Sequence record: NC_048016.1
Reading direction: 5' to 3' (one strand)
DNA length: 64,000 nt
The position numbers were made by a program, and so were the translations under genes. Below the pieces are notes generated by a model that was not told where the DNA came from, did not search any database, and was given only the letters and a program-made list of their open reading frames with translations. Positions 48,072 to 59,056 of this stretch are shown here, piece by piece (position 1 is the stretch's first letter; the number at the start of each line of letters is the position of its first letter).

Positions 48072-50117
48072 TCACCCCCGACGTGTCACTTTGATAGTGG
48101 TATTGAATTGAGTCAGCAATACACCGCCGGCACAGTTCAGGTCCAGTGTGATTGAGTACCCGTTCGCGATGTCTTCTGCTGTGAAGTAGGCTTTCGGCGT
48201 GATATCAGCGATACCATCCAGACGGCCTGCTAAACGAGCAATGATGTTGTTTTCAACATCCTTCGCGACTTCGTCACGGGTCATGCGGTCTTCACCAGTG
48301 GTGTCGGCCCAGACGCGATCGGAAACACGGTAGACGTAAGTCATCGCGGCGTTGAACATTGCGTTGTTCAGAACGGAACGGTCTTCGCTGTAGATGGACT
48401 GAATCGCCGGAATGAACAGACGATAGTAGTCGAAGCTACGCGCGGTGATGAGGTTCGCTTCCCAGTCGGAGGCGTACACGTCATTACCCTTCCACGGCTG
48501 TGACAGGTCAGCCAAATCTTCAATCACGGTTTTGGAACCGCGGTTGAAACGGGCTTCTGTCTTACAGATGCCATTACCCGCGCCCATGTACTTGGAGAAG
48601 AAGCTTGCGATACTGTAGAGCATCGGCACGCGCTTTTTCCAGCTGGAGTTACGGATGATGGCAGACTGGCCAGCAATCAGACCACGTGCCGCCGGGGTAC
48701 CGAAGAAATCGGATTCCGGGATGGAGGTGATCATTTCGTTCAGCGCAATCTTCGCCGCTTCTTCGGTCTGGTCGTCGTTGGTACCTTGGTTGTACACGTG
48801 CGTACACAGTGCCAAGAAGGTATTACGAGACCCGGCGAGGAAGTTGCACAGCGACTGCTTGGTTTCCATGCTGAAACCGGAGTCCCAGAAGAAGCCCAGT
48901 GAGTATTTCAACTCATTGTCGTAGCGCACTTTACCGCCGTCCGGGAACAGCTGCATTTCACGGCTGACGAGTTCGTCGTAGACGTCGTCATTCATGGTGC
49001 CGTCTGAACCGCCAGACAGGAAGTGGATATTGCTGCCGCCCAGAATGGCTTTGCCGGTGACGGTTGCAGAGTTAACCTGCAGACCATCGTACAGACCGCC
49101 GTTCAAGTCGTAACCTGCGAAGATGTCCACGAGCCATTTCGACGTAGGCGCTTTCGGACCCACAACCGCGAAGGCCAAGTCCAGAACCGCTTCCATGTTT
49201 TCTTGGTAAACGTGGAACTCTTCGAACGGACCGTAGTCCGGCAGGTTGCCGTAATCCGGCAGCTTGTTACGGTAGCTGTCCGCAACAACGTTAGCGAAGT
49301 CCAGGTCGAGCTTCATCGCTTGATAATATGCATCAGGCATAAAGCTGAACTTGATGCTGCTGAGTCCGCCGATTGTCTTCCAGATGACGGGAGACGTAAC
49401 CCCTTTCAGGGTTTCGAAGAACTGCAGGCTGAACACGCGCGCGCCAACGTCTTCTTGATACTTCGCCGACAACGCCGGTGAAGATTTGGCATGCAACGGA
49501 ACGAGTTTATAGCCGAAGCCATTCGCGTCCGCGCCCGCATATGGGGCTTTAATGTCCCACATCGGATAAAGCTTGGACTTCTGTCCGCCGGTTCCGGTGC
49601 GATCGCCATCGACGACTTTACCATTTTTGAATTCGCCGGTCTGTTCGTTAATCTCGACAACGCGATAAACGATGTCCAGACCCAGTACCTGCGATTCAAC
49701 CTTCGGCTTGCCATCGGCACCGTACTGCACTGCGCCGTTAGCGTCACGGGTGTATTTGGGAACTTCCGTTTCCAAAACATCCGCTACCATACGGTGCGTT
49801 GCGGTGGCGGCATCGTCAGGCACCAAACGCTGCATCATCATCTCGTTCGCGTTGGCGTTGAACATTGCCATAAACGGCGTGTTGAACGTTACGAACGGAC
49901 TGCGCAAATCGAACAGGTTGCGTCCGAAAAGTGACAAAGCATTATCCCCGACAACCGGGAACGCCTCGTTGTCCACATTGCGCTGCGCGAAGGTGAAGAT
50001 CAGCGGCTTATGAATGGGGTCACCGGTTGGTGTCCGCACAAGCGGTAGGACAGAAATATCCTGCCACCCCTGCTTGTTATTCAATGGCGCGCCGTTTCGT
50101 GGAATAAAAATACTCAT
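48072..50117 (-). CDS. Tail sheath protein (phiKZ gp29 / SPN3US gp256-like)
   Basis: About 680 aa; LSGGSDG, FFWDSGFS, FFGTPAARG sheath-like motifs; likely start MSIFIP at 50117. Confidence 0.85.
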   Translation of the reverse strand: MSIFIPRNGAPLNNKQGWQDISVLPLVRTPTGDPIHKPLIFTFAQRNVDNEAFPVVGDNALSLFGRNLFDLRSPFVTFNTPFMAMFNANANEMMMQRLVPDDAATATHRMVADVLETEVPKYTRDANGAVQYGADGKPKVESQVLGLDIVYRVVEINEQTGEFKNGKVVDGDRTGTGGQKSKLYPMWDIKAPYAGADANGFGYKLVPLHAKSSPALSAKYQEDVGARVFSLQFFETLKGVTSPVIWKTIGGLSSIKFSFMPDAYYQAMKLDLDFANVVADSYRNKLPDYGNLPDYGPFEEFHVYQENMEAVLDLAFAVVGPKAPTSKWLVDIFAGYDLNGGLYDGLQVNSATVTGKAILGGSNIHFLSGGSDGTMNDDVYDELVSREMQLFPDGGKVRYDNELKYSLGFFWDSGFSMETKQSLCNFLAGSRNTFLALCTHVYNQGTNDDQTEEAAKIALNEMITSIPESDFFGTPAARGLIAGQSAIIRNSSWKKRVPMLYSIASFFSKYMGAGNGICKTEARFNRGSKTVIEDLADLSQPWKGNDVYASDWEANLITARSFDYYRLFIPAIQSIYSEDRSVLNNAMFNAAMTYVYRVSDRVWADTTGEDRMTRDEVAKDVENNIIARLAGRLDGIADITPKAYFTAEDIANGYSITLDLNCAGGVLLTQFNTTIKVTRRG

Positions 50118-50176
50118 GGACGCTTCTCCATACATTCGTCTTTAAAGACCAGATGGTCATACTAAGGTAATCACCC

Positions 50177-51082
50177 ATGGCTCTCGAAAACGCTTACACA
50201 GGCAATATCTTTCGCAGCTTTGACTTAGCCTCAATCAAAGCCCAGATTCTTCTGGCACGCGGACTTAACCAAACGGTTGCCCAGTCTGAGGAAGTCCACT
50301 ACGTGGTCGAGACTGCCGATGTGACACCGTTTCCTCTCCCGATTATTATCGAGAATGACGTGTATGTAGACGCACGTACATTTACCACGCTGGATAAAAC
50401 CGGCGCGCTAAAAATTCGAAACCCGATCGAGCACGCTATGCGACTCGACCAGGCCCGTTGGGAATTGGTGTGGAAACGGAACAACGGTAAGCTGGGTGCG
50501 CTCATGGCGCAACTGCCCTACCACCATGAAGTTTTCAGTAAATGGGTGAGTGATACAATCTCTCATGCATTTTCACTCGCTCCATATCAAAGCGGGCAAG
50601 TTCAAGCTTTGGCAGCGATGTTCTCTGTTGGGCAGTTCTACAACAACTTTTCTGACGACGCGCAGATGTTCCGGTTGCAGCAATTAATGAGCCGCGACCT
50701 CGGTATTCCGTTCAACTTGTTTGAAAGCGTGACCGGCAATACCGACCATCTGTTCCCGCGCGACGCCGCAGAGTTTGTAGAAACCCTCAAGGCCGCTGAC
50801 ATCACGCCGCGTCTGAGTGACTTCTCTGTCCTGACGCTGAACCAAGCATTGGCAACCAGCTTCTTTGGGGTGAGCTACGACAAACAGTTGTGCTGGAGTG
50901 CGATTGAGTATCCGCCGTCTCTGATGGTGATGATCAAGACCTGCTTAGAGCATAACATGTACAACCGCTCCCGGTTGGGCGCTGTCGTGAAGAAAACCAA
51001 CGTGTCGAAGAAAAAGGACAAGTTCCTCTTTACCTACAACACGATTCTGAACCAGTCGTCTAAACCGACCAACATACAGTAA
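50177..51082 (+). CDS. Virion structural protein (phiKZ gp28-like)
   Basis: 301 aa, divergent from the sheath; synteny. Confidence 0.65.
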   Translation: MALENAYTGNIFRSFDLASIKAQILLARGLNQTVAQSEEVHYVVETADVTPFPLPIIIENDVYVDARTFTTLDKTGALKIRNPIEHAMRLDQARWELVWKRNNGKLGALMAQLPYHHEVFSKWVSDTISHAFSLAPYQSGQVQALAAMFSVGQFYNNFSDDAQMFRLQQLMSRDLGIPFNLFESVTGNTDHLFPRDAAEFVETLKAADITPRLSDFSVLTLNQALATSFFGVSYDKQLCWSAIEYPPSLMVMIKTCLEHNMYNRSRLGAVVKKTNVSKKKDKFLFTYNTILNQSSKPTNIQ

Positions 51083-51092
51083 GAGGCACGTC

Positions 51093-53609
51093 ATGGAGAA
51101 ATGGCTCGTCCACCACGCAGCGCAAAATGCGTGGCAGCGCCCGTATCTCGATGGACAACTGAATGTTCGCCCTGCCCGTTTGACTCCGGTCACGGGCGGG
51201 ATTAACTTTGTGCGTGAAGGCGGGGGTCTTACCCCGATGCCTGACCAAGGTTCATGGTGGCATGTTTTCCACATTGGAAAACTCCATCCGAGCTATGGCA
51301 ATCTGGCAATTGGGGCCGGCATGTGGAAACGTGTCTCGACCTGCATTAACGCCTTTAGCGCATTCATTCTGTTGTACAACGAAGCGGGTGTCACGATTCC
51401 GGCACACAACGCGTATTTCTACCGTCGCCCGAACGGTGCGGTGTTACTGGCCATTCCCCAGTCAGACCGTTACAAGTGGCTGGAGACTGACGGTCTGTAC
51501 GTGCGCTTCTATCCGGGCTATGACGGTGGCTCGAATGCTCCGCTCATTAACCCAACCAGTATTGAGTACCACGTTATCTCCACCCTGCAGAACCGGCAGA
51601 AAGCATTTGACCGTTACACACTGTTGCGCTCCACTGCGAAAGGGTACGTGACGCTGTGGGTCAACGGCAAGTGCATTGACAATCCACAGGTGGCGGATAT
51701 CACCCTGTGGGATGATTTTGAAATCCGGGTAGATGGCCGGGTGAAACGTGTGGTGGATTTCCGTTGTGGCGACCTGCCAACCTTTATCTCTGAACTCGAC
51801 GGTAAGCGCAAGTATTTATTGCACCTGCCGAAACAACCAGGGACGTGGGCGTTTAACAACGACGTGGAACTCCATGTGCTGTATAAGCGCGAGGTGCGTT
51901 ACTACCACCGTCATCGTCAGCAGGCGGTGCGTAACCTTACGTGGAACGACATGTCAATTCCAGCCGAGCGGGTGTCGCAGTTACTGAACTCCTATTCGGT
52001 TGGGGTGAGTGACATTGATGACATCGTGATTCGCGTGTTGATTCGTGACGATTTCTTGGACTTGGCTCCGCTGTTCAATACTGACCATGTGCATGACCTC
52101 TACAAAATGTCCGATGAACAAATCATTGCGGCATTGGTGGGTGCACAAGCGACGTTGCCAACATGGCAGGCCTCTAAGCTCGAGCAATCGTACGCCAACC
52201 GTTTGGCCGCGGCGAAGCCCAACAACGTCACCCGCGACTTCTGCACCAAAGCCTACGGCTACAATGCGGTAACGCGTTATGCCGCGGACACACCTCAGCG
52301 TTTAACGATGGATGCACGGGGTTGGTTCTGTGTGCTCCCGGCACTGCTTGCTGAGGAGTCGGCCGTTTACGAATACGACGGCAACGGTTTGTTGTTGGGT
52401 TACCAGCCCCACAAGGGTGGCAGCCTGTACTACGCCAAGAACCCGAACGCCCGTATCGTGGAAGCCATTGCCGGCACAGCCGGTACCTCGGTGACCATCA
52501 CGGACAACGCCCCGGACTTCACCATTGCCGATGGCGATAACGTGGGTCTTTGGATACGCATCGTGAAAAGCGATGTGCCAACCAATGACTACTACGCCGC
52601 GGTCGAGGGGGACGACTACGTCCGTAACGGAAATCTGATTACGTGGAAGGTTGACCGCACCCGCCGTCACCCGACTGTGATTCATGATAACCAGCATCTG
52701 TTCTTTGAAACCGATGTCAAGTTAACGGAAGGGGAGATTCGGGTTGCGATTACGGCCACGAACCAGAACGGGGATGCGCGTACGTTGTGGATTCCAATGG
52801 AAACCGTAGAAGCGTGGTTGAACGGACACCCGTTGGTGCACTCGATTGACTACGTGACGCACTGGCCCGATGTGGCCGTGGTGTGTAAGTCGTGGTCATC
52901 CGACACCGACATCAACCGGGTTGCAATTCGTGCCCGCGGTGTGACTGGCGAGTTAAAGATCCCGAAATGCGGCTTTGTCGCCAACGGGCTTTTCTCCAAC
53001 AACTCACACTTCGATGTGCGTGATGACAAAGTGATTCGTGTTGTGGCCGGTGGGGGTCTGTTACTGCGCGATGATGTGGTGTTCCGCGAGGATTCGTCTA
53101 TTGGCTCCGATATCGTGGCCGATGGGTTCCCGTTCTCGGTGGATGACCCGACCATTCCGTTACGGGACACGGTCACGGGCAACACCTACGAGTTGCGTGA
53201 TGCAGCCCGGGCATTGGACAGCGCGGTTGAGGATTACCTCTCCGTTAAACTGCCAACGCCACCACCAAACCCTCTGGTGACCATTCCGCACTGGTATCAT
53301 CTGTATTCGCCATTGCTGAACAAACTACTCTGGGACCATAAGTCCGGTGCCCTCACCTTGGTTGAGGATGACCCGAACTATCGTATCTCCACCCAACAGC
53401 TCGATGAGATTATGCAGCGGTATAACTACCTGCTGAAATTCGACCCGGCGTACGTGGGCTACGATGAGGTCTTTGTGAAGGTGCACCCGCACATCCAGTA
53501 TTCTGTCATGGAAGTGGATGAGTTGATGTTTGCGTTTGCTGACCGAGTGAACCAACGTTACCTGCGTGGCAAAGTGCAGCTAAACCAGTATCTAAAAATC
53601 AAGGGCTAA
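51093..53609 (+). CDS. Baseplate/virion structural protein (phiKZ gp27-like)
   Basis: 838 aa, beta-rich; synteny. Confidence 0.7.
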   Translation: MEKWLVHHAAQNAWQRPYLDGQLNVRPARLTPVTGGINFVREGGGLTPMPDQGSWWHVFHIGKLHPSYGNLAIGAGMWKRVSTCINAFSAFILLYNEAGVTIPAHNAYFYRRPNGAVLLAIPQSDRYKWLETDGLYVRFYPGYDGGSNAPLINPTSIEYHVISTLQNRQKAFDRYTLLRSTAKGYVTLWVNGKCIDNPQVADITLWDDFEIRVDGRVKRVVDFRCGDLPTFISELDGKRKYLLHLPKQPGTWAFNNDVELHVLYKREVRYYHRHRQQAVRNLTWNDMSIPAERVSQLLNSYSVGVSDIDDIVIRVLIRDDFLDLAPLFNTDHVHDLYKMSDEQIIAALVGAQATLPTWQASKLEQSYANRLAAAKPNNVTRDFCTKAYGYNAVTRYAADTPQRLTMDARGWFCVLPALLAEESAVYEYDGNGLLLGYQPHKGGSLYYAKNPNARIVEAIAGTAGTSVTITDNAPDFTIADGDNVGLWIRIVKSDVPTNDYYAAVEGDDYVRNGNLITWKVDRTRRHPTVIHDNQHLFFETDVKLTEGEIRVAITATNQNGDARTLWIPMETVEAWLNGHPLVHSIDYVTHWPDVAVVCKSWSSDTDINRVAIRARGVTGELKIPKCGFVANGLFSNNSHFDVRDDKVIRVVAGGGLLLRDDVVFREDSSIGSDIVADGFPFSVDDPTIPLRDTVTGNTYELRDAARALDSAVEDYLSVKLPTPPPNPLVTIPHWYHLYSPLLNKLLWDHKSGALTLVEDDPNYRISTQQLDEIMQRYNYLLKFDPAYVGYDEVFVKVHPHIQYSVMEVDELMFAFADRVNQRYLRGKVQLNQYLKIKG

Positions 53610-53612
53610 GCC

Positions 53613-55256
53613 ATGGCATTAACTTCAGACATCATCGACAAGGACCGCGGCTGGCGTCCGTGGGGTGCCGGTGATCTTTACGACAAGATCACGGGGACAG
53701 GGTTTGTTCCCAATCCCACGGATTGGATTTACCACCCAGACACCAACATCGTTTACAAAGTGCTCACTGTTAACTACAGTGAGCCATCGTGGACGGTGGA
53801 ACTGTTAAACGGGATTCCGCTGGTTAACGACGGCAAACCGTTGGGTGGGCATTATCCTCTGCGCTCGGACAAGTTCCGTGTCTACGTTGACACCACTAAA
53901 AACCCGGCGACCATGACGTTTGATAAAAACGTCACGTGGAACGGGGCGGACTTGGAAGGTATCCGTATCTTCCGCGGGACCGACATCACCGACAGTGGTG
54001 AAATCCTCTCCGGGTCGTACAAAGATGGTCGACTGGATAAAACCTATCTGCCGCTGCAGGCGATTTCCAATCAGGGTGCTGACACCGTGGTGAAACAAGC
54101 CCTGCCGGGTGCTTGCTTAGCCGCCGTCGAGCACGGGGACATGTTCAGCTTCGTGGTCTACGACGATGTGGGCAACGGGGTCGCAATGGGTTCCGGTTAC
54201 ATCATCAAAACCAATCTGGTGATGGCACTTGAAACGCCAGCGCGAACTATCCTCAACATCAAACTGGTGAGCCCGTTTATCTCGGGTGATGACTCCTCGG
54301 TGTTGACACTGCCGATTAACATGCCGCTGGAATCCATTCCGTTGTGGTGTGAAGTCCAGTACAACGACGGGGTCAAGACGCTGGCCGTGGACGGCTCTCG
54401 TGTGAAACTGAACGGCTTGCGTAACTCCGGTGCGCACGACACGTTCTACATTTCCTCGAATGCCGGCAATGAGCTGCCGCTGACGCTGAGTTACCAGTTG
54501 GCCAAAGGCGAATCGTACGCAGGGGATAATCTGGTCGATGGCAAAACCATCGTGAAGGATTACACCGCTGTCACCGAGGCGGTCGATGGGGCCTACTCCA
54601 TGAAACTGTTTGTGGTGCCTGTGTGGTTGGATTCCACCCGTGGTGTGCGCTTGCAGTATCTGTTGTACAACCTGACCCGTGGCACCGTTTACGATGCGAC
54701 TGCGCAAATCAACTACACCGGCGGTTCGTCGTTTGACCCAACGCTTTACGGGGTTAAGCAACGTCTGAACGTGCAGTGTGATATCAGCAAGGTCAACACC
54801 GCTTACCGTCCGTACACGCACCCGCAGTCCTTTAGCATCACGCTGATGAACCCGGGTACGGAGAAAGACACCAACTTCGTGCTGGAGTATCTGCCTAACG
54901 GGCTGAAGTACGGCGAGAAGATTTGGGCGGAGTTCAAATACTCGAACGTCACCTATTCTGAATTGGACGTGTCTTGCCAGAAGACCTCGAAGGCAGAATG
55001 GTTGGCAGCCTTGTACGATCCTATCTATCCGCTGTTTGACCGTCGTAATGAAGATGGTCCTCCAACGCCAACCCATTTCCAGATTCATATCGGGGGTAAT
55101 ATTTACACCTACGAGATTGACGACTGGATGGCGAAGAAGGTCATCAATTACAAAGTGGGCTTGGATGCCTCGTTGGTCATTCGTTGGCTGCGTCGTACGC
55201 CAACGGACGAATTGCAGTTAGGTGCAACCCCGATGTTGGCACACCACATCGAATAA
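53613..55256 (+). CDS. Baseplate/virion structural protein (phiKZ gp26-like)
   Basis: 547 aa; synteny. Confidence 0.7.
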   Translation: MALTSDIIDKDRGWRPWGAGDLYDKITGTGFVPNPTDWIYHPDTNIVYKVLTVNYSEPSWTVELLNGIPLVNDGKPLGGHYPLRSDKFRVYVDTTKNPATMTFDKNVTWNGADLEGIRIFRGTDITDSGEILSGSYKDGRLDKTYLPLQAISNQGADTVVKQALPGACLAAVEHGDMFSFVVYDDVGNGVAMGSGYIIKTNLVMALETPARTILNIKLVSPFISGDDSSVLTLPINMPLESIPLWCEVQYNDGVKTLAVDGSRVKLNGLRNSGAHDTFYISSNAGNELPLTLSYQLAKGESYAGDNLVDGKTIVKDYTAVTEAVDGAYSMKLFVVPVWLDSTRGVRLQYLLYNLTRGTVYDATAQINYTGGSSFDPTLYGVKQRLNVQCDISKVNTAYRPYTHPQSFSITLMNPGTEKDTNFVLEYLPNGLKYGEKIWAEFKYSNVTYSELDVSCQKTSKAEWLAALYDPIYPLFDRRNEDGPPTPTHFQIHIGGNIYTYEIDDWMAKKVINYKVGLDASLVIRWLRRTPTDELQLGATPMLAHHIE

Positions 55257-55306
55257 AAAGAACTGCGTACCCCCGGCCAAAAGGTCGGGGGTACCGGGAG
55301 GACTGT

Positions 55307-57415
55307 ATGATCTTACGTGAATCGGATTGGGGATTACACCCCGGCTCGATCGTCCACGACAACACACGTAACAAGCACTTTCTAAAATTTGCTGATACGC
55401 TGCTGGGGTTGGGGGTACGACACTATTACCTGCACCTTGCCTTGCACAACCCTGCGCTGAAAGACGTCGATCCGTTTGACCCCGATTTGACGATTCAGCA
55501 AAAGGCCGATGTCATTCATGAGTGTGCAGAGAACCCGTGGTACTACTTCCGTGAATGCTTACGCGTTCCGGCGGATGGTTCAACCGGCGTACCGTTTAAA
55601 ATCGACCGCGGTAACTTTGCGCTGTACTGGATATTCTTCAACAACATCGACGTCGCGCTGGAGTTCCTACGCCAGCACGGTAAAACCATCGGTGTGGCCT
55701 CACTGGAATCGTGGCTCCTGCGCTTTCTGGAAAACTCGCGTACCATCCATGTTACCAAAGGGCCGGTCCTGCGTGAGGAAACCATTAACACCTTAAAGCG
55801 TCTGCGTGACGGTTTGCCAGATTATCTTTGGCCGATTCACAAAGACGACCCGGACAACAAAGAATCCTTTGCGTGTCTCGCCATGGGTAACAAGCTTATC
55901 ACGGCTATCGGTCAGAACGACCAACAGTCTGCCAACGGTGTGGGTCGTGGACTTACGGCCGGTCGCCTGTTCTCGGATGAGGGCCCCTTCACCAAACACA
56001 TTCACGATATCTTGCCAGCGGCATTGGGTTCCGGTACTGCGGCACGTCGTATCAACGAAGAGAACGGGGTACCTTACGGCAACGTGTTCGCCACGACGCC
56101 GGGTGACTTGGCCACCGACGAAGGTAAGTTCATGTATGAGCTCATGACCTCAGGGATTATGTGGGATGAGCGCTACATCGATATCGCCACCCGTAAAGAG
56201 CTGATTGACCTTATCCGTCTGAACTCCACGGCGCGCATCCCGCGTATCATGTTCTACGTGAAGTTTACCCACCGACAGCTCGGTACCAGTGACGAAGAGC
56301 TCGCGAGCATGATTGCCAACGCCACCGGTACACCCGACCAGATTCGTCGTGACTACGGCGGTCAATGGACCACAGGTGGTTTGAACAAACCGTACTCAGA
56401 AGAAGATGCTGCACGCATGACGAAGTCTCGTACCCGTGCGGAGTTCAAAGACATCTCTTCCTCCGGTTACGTCACGGACTGGTATTACAAAGAGTCCGAG
56501 ATTGGCAGCAAGTTGCGCGCGCGTCACATCATCGGTTTGGATACCTCTGAAGCGGTGGGTCGAGATGCGATTGCAATGTCGATTGTGAATTCCGAGACTG
56601 CTGAAATGGCCGGTAAATTAACCGTAAACGAAACCAACGTTATCGGCTTCGCCATTCACCTCGCGAATTTCATGATAAAATATGAGAATACTGTTTTGAT
56701 TCTCGAAAGACGTAGCACAGGGTCTTCAGTTGCCGATGCAATAATCTTGCAGCTGCAATCGAAGGTGCGTGATTTACACCGACGTCTGTATGTGCGCATT
56801 ACCCAGGACTATAGCCGTAATGATGAGCTCTTTAAAGAGTACCATCGTGGTCCGGGCAATTTCCCAGAGAAGTTCTGGGACAAGTTCCGTAAGTACATAG
56901 GCTTCTCTACGGATCAGAACAAACGCCTTAAGCTTTATGGTGAAGTCTTTACCATGGCACTGCGTCTGTCTGCGCACCTCATCCGGTCTGGGGAACTGAT
57001 TGACCAGATTCTCAGTTTGGTCGAGCGTAGTGGTCGTATTGACCACCAACGTTCAGGGCACGATGACTTGGTAATCTCTTGGTTGCTGGCAATGTGGCTG
57101 CTTATCTTCGGTAAGAATCTCGCGCATTATGAGATTTCCAATCACCGTTTGATGATCCGTAACAAAACCATGCTCGAAGGAGGTGATACCCAAGATGAAG
57201 AAAAGTTGGTGGAGGAAGAACAAAAACAACAACAGCTGATGGGTGAGATTGAGGCGGTTATCCGTAGCATGCAGGGGGTTGCATGTCCAGTGAAAACCAT
57301 GCAGTTGAAGAATAAGCTTCAGCACCTTGTCAGTCAACTTAACACTGATATGCGAAACGTCGCATCGATGGAAAGTCTTAAGGACTTGATCCAGCGGCAA
57401 AGGATGAATTCATGA
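55307..57415 (+). CDS. terL: Terminase large subunit
   Basis: ENPWYYFRE, Walker A LRQHGKT, Walker B LFSDEG, nuclease IIGLDTS and HDDLV; GGGAGG RBS before ATG 55307. Confidence 0.92.
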   Translation: MILRESDWGLHPGSIVHDNTRNKHFLKFADTLLGLGVRHYYLHLALHNPALKDVDPFDPDLTIQQKADVIHECAENPWYYFRECLRVPADGSTGVPFKIDRGNFALYWIFFNNIDVALEFLRQHGKTIGVASLESWLLRFLENSRTIHVTKGPVLREETINTLKRLRDGLPDYLWPIHKDDPDNKESFACLAMGNKLITAIGQNDQQSANGVGRGLTAGRLFSDEGPFTKHIHDILPAALGSGTAARRINEENGVPYGNVFATTPGDLATDEGKFMYELMTSGIMWDERYIDIATRKELIDLIRLNSTARIPRIMFYVKFTHRQLGTSDEELASMIANATGTPDQIRRDYGGQWTTGGLNKPYSEEDAARMTKSRTRAEFKDISSSGYVTDWYYKESEIGSKLRARHIIGLDTSEAVGRDAIAMSIVNSETAEMAGKLTVNETNVIGFAIHLANFMIKYENTVLILERRSTGSSVADAIILQLQSKVRDLHRRLYVRITQDYSRNDELFKEYHRGPGNFPEKFWDKFRKYIGFSTDQNKRLKLYGEVFTMALRLSAHLIRSGELIDQILSLVERSGRIDHQRSGHDDLVISWLLAMWLLIFGKNLAHYEISNHRLMIRNKTMLEGGDTQDEEKLVEEEQKQQQLMGEIEAVIRSMQGVACPVKTMQLKNKLQHLVSQLNTDMRNVASMESLKDLIQRQRMNS

Positions 57416-57666
57416 CTGTATTTTACTTTATAAGCGTGTTCATTGTGTGGGGCATTGTCTTTGCTATTGCAACGCACCTTTTACATGCTGTCCGGGACTA
57501 CGGACGACGGGAACATTTAGGCGTGGTAGCTATTGCCCGCTGTAAGGTTATCGTCATCTCGTTTGTACTGGTTGCCGGAATGGCTTCTAATTACGGCATG
57601 TCACAAGTTTATCGAATGCATCAGGCGGCAGTAGTGGCGGCTGAATCGGCGGTGAAGGTTGCCTAA
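57412..57666 (+). CDS. Small protein with two predicted membrane segments
   Basis: Hydrophobic stretches at residues ~3-24 and ~37-57; ATGA overlap with terL. Confidence 0.6.
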   Translation: MTVFYFISVFIVWGIVFAIATHLLHAVRDYGRREHLGVVAIARCKVIVISFVLVAGMASNYGMSQVYRMHQAAVVAAESAVKVA

Positions 57667-57686
57667 TACTGCACCAACAAATAATT

Positions 57687-57729
57687 AATACCCCCGACGC
57701 AGGTCGGGGGTATTCCTCTTTATTTTTTT
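57687..57729. terminator. Bidirectional terminator
   Basis: Perfect 12-bp AATACCCCCGAC/GTCGGGGGTATT stem between convergent genes. Confidence 0.85.
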
Positions 57730-59056
57730 AGACCGCAATCGCACGCACTAAGAAATACAAGAGAAGGGCAGTACGCACCGCAGAGAGAGCAGCCGCATCT
57801 CGCAGGTGGGTCTCTTTCTTGGCAAGGGCTTCGATACGCTTACGCAGGGACAGCACGTATTCGTTCGAGGCCTTGGCTGCCTGATAGAGGGCCCGCATCC
57901 GGTTGAGCAGTGCGGCCACGTCGCGAAAGTTAATGCGGTTGGCCACAATCAAATCAAACGAGTGACTGAGCGTGTCCTCCATAATCGCCTCAACCTCTTG
58001 ACGCTTCTTCCCTAGGGGTAAGTCGGCAATGTAGAGTAAAAGCGTTTTAAGGGCGTTAGGCGAAGCCTTAGGCACCATCTCGAGCACCACACGGGCCAAC
58101 TCTTCCTTGTACAGGTTGTTGATGCTGTACGACGCATCGAACAGGTTCTGTTTGGCCGTGTTAAACGCCGTGACCTTATCGCGAATAATCGACTCGCCAT
58201 CCAGCTCCACTCGCGCAGACTGGGTAATCACTCGGCTGTTCTCACGACGGACCCGGTCGAGGACACCGTAGTAGTCTTTGACCGTTTGTTTGGTACGGGT
58301 GTTGAGGTCGGTGATAAAGCGAATCAGCAATCCCGGCTGGTCGAACTTCTTGATGGTTTCCCAGTGTGGGGATTCCTTGGAGCAGAAGTCCTGTGCACGT
58401 TGTTCGATGTGCGCACCCCAGTTACCCAGACGACGGATGTCGAACTTCAGGGACAACTGAGAATAGGTCGCTTCGGCCGCGGGCATGTCCACGGGTTTCG
58501 GGAAGAAGTGGTAGTAGATACTCGAGTAGAACTTAAACTGCAGCAGCTTGACAATCTCGACCGCGGCTTTGTGGAAGTCCTTGTCACCGAACATCGGAAT
58601 CATGCGATGCACCATGTACGCCACCGTCAGGTTCATGGTATCGGATGCCACGTTCCACGTCGGGTCAACGGTTTTGGTGTTGGTGATAAGCTCGGTGAGT
58701 AAGTCTTCATCCACCACGAGCACTTGGTCGAACAGGGCATAACGGTCGGTGTCGAAAAAGCGGATGGTGTGCACGCCAAGCAGGTTAGACCCAAACCACT
58801 CGATATTTCCCTCACGAGAAAAAACACCCGAAACGTAATGCATGATTCGTGTGCAGAGTTGTTTGTTGAACGTGACCTTTTTGAACGCTTCATCAAACGC
58901 TTTGAGGAGGGCAGGATTCTTCAGCGATTCCGTGGCAATTTTCTGCTGGTCGTCGTAGTCGTCATCATCCCAGTGGCGTTGTCCATACGGGACGTGGCTA
59001 CGGTGCCCACCTTCGACATATCCGCCCCGATTAAAATCATATTGTAACTCTGGCAT
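57728..59056 (-). CDS. Conserved jumbo-phage (probably virion) protein
   Basis: 442-aa helical ORF; synteny with SPN3US-like genomes. Confidence 0.65.
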   Translation of the reverse strand: MPELQYDFNRGGYVEGGHRSHVPYGQRHWDDDDYDDQQKIATESLKNPALLKAFDEAFKKVTFNKQLCTRIMHYVSGVFSREGNIEWFGSNLLGVHTIRFFDTDRYALFDQVLVVDEDLLTELITNTKTVDPTWNVASDTMNLTVAYMVHRMIPMFGDKDFHKAAVEIVKLLQFKFYSSIYYHFFPKPVDMPAAEATYSQLSLKFDIRRLGNWGAHIEQRAQDFCSKESPHWETIKKFDQPGLLIRFITDLNTRTKQTVKDYYGVLDRVRRENSRVITQSARVELDGESIIRDKVTAFNTAKQNLFDASYSINNLYKEELARVVLEMVPKASPNALKTLLLYIADLPLGKKRQEVEAIMEDTLSHSFDLIVANRINFRDVAALLNRMRALYQAAKASNEYVLSLRKRIEALAKKETHLRDAAALSAVRTALLLYFLVRAIAV

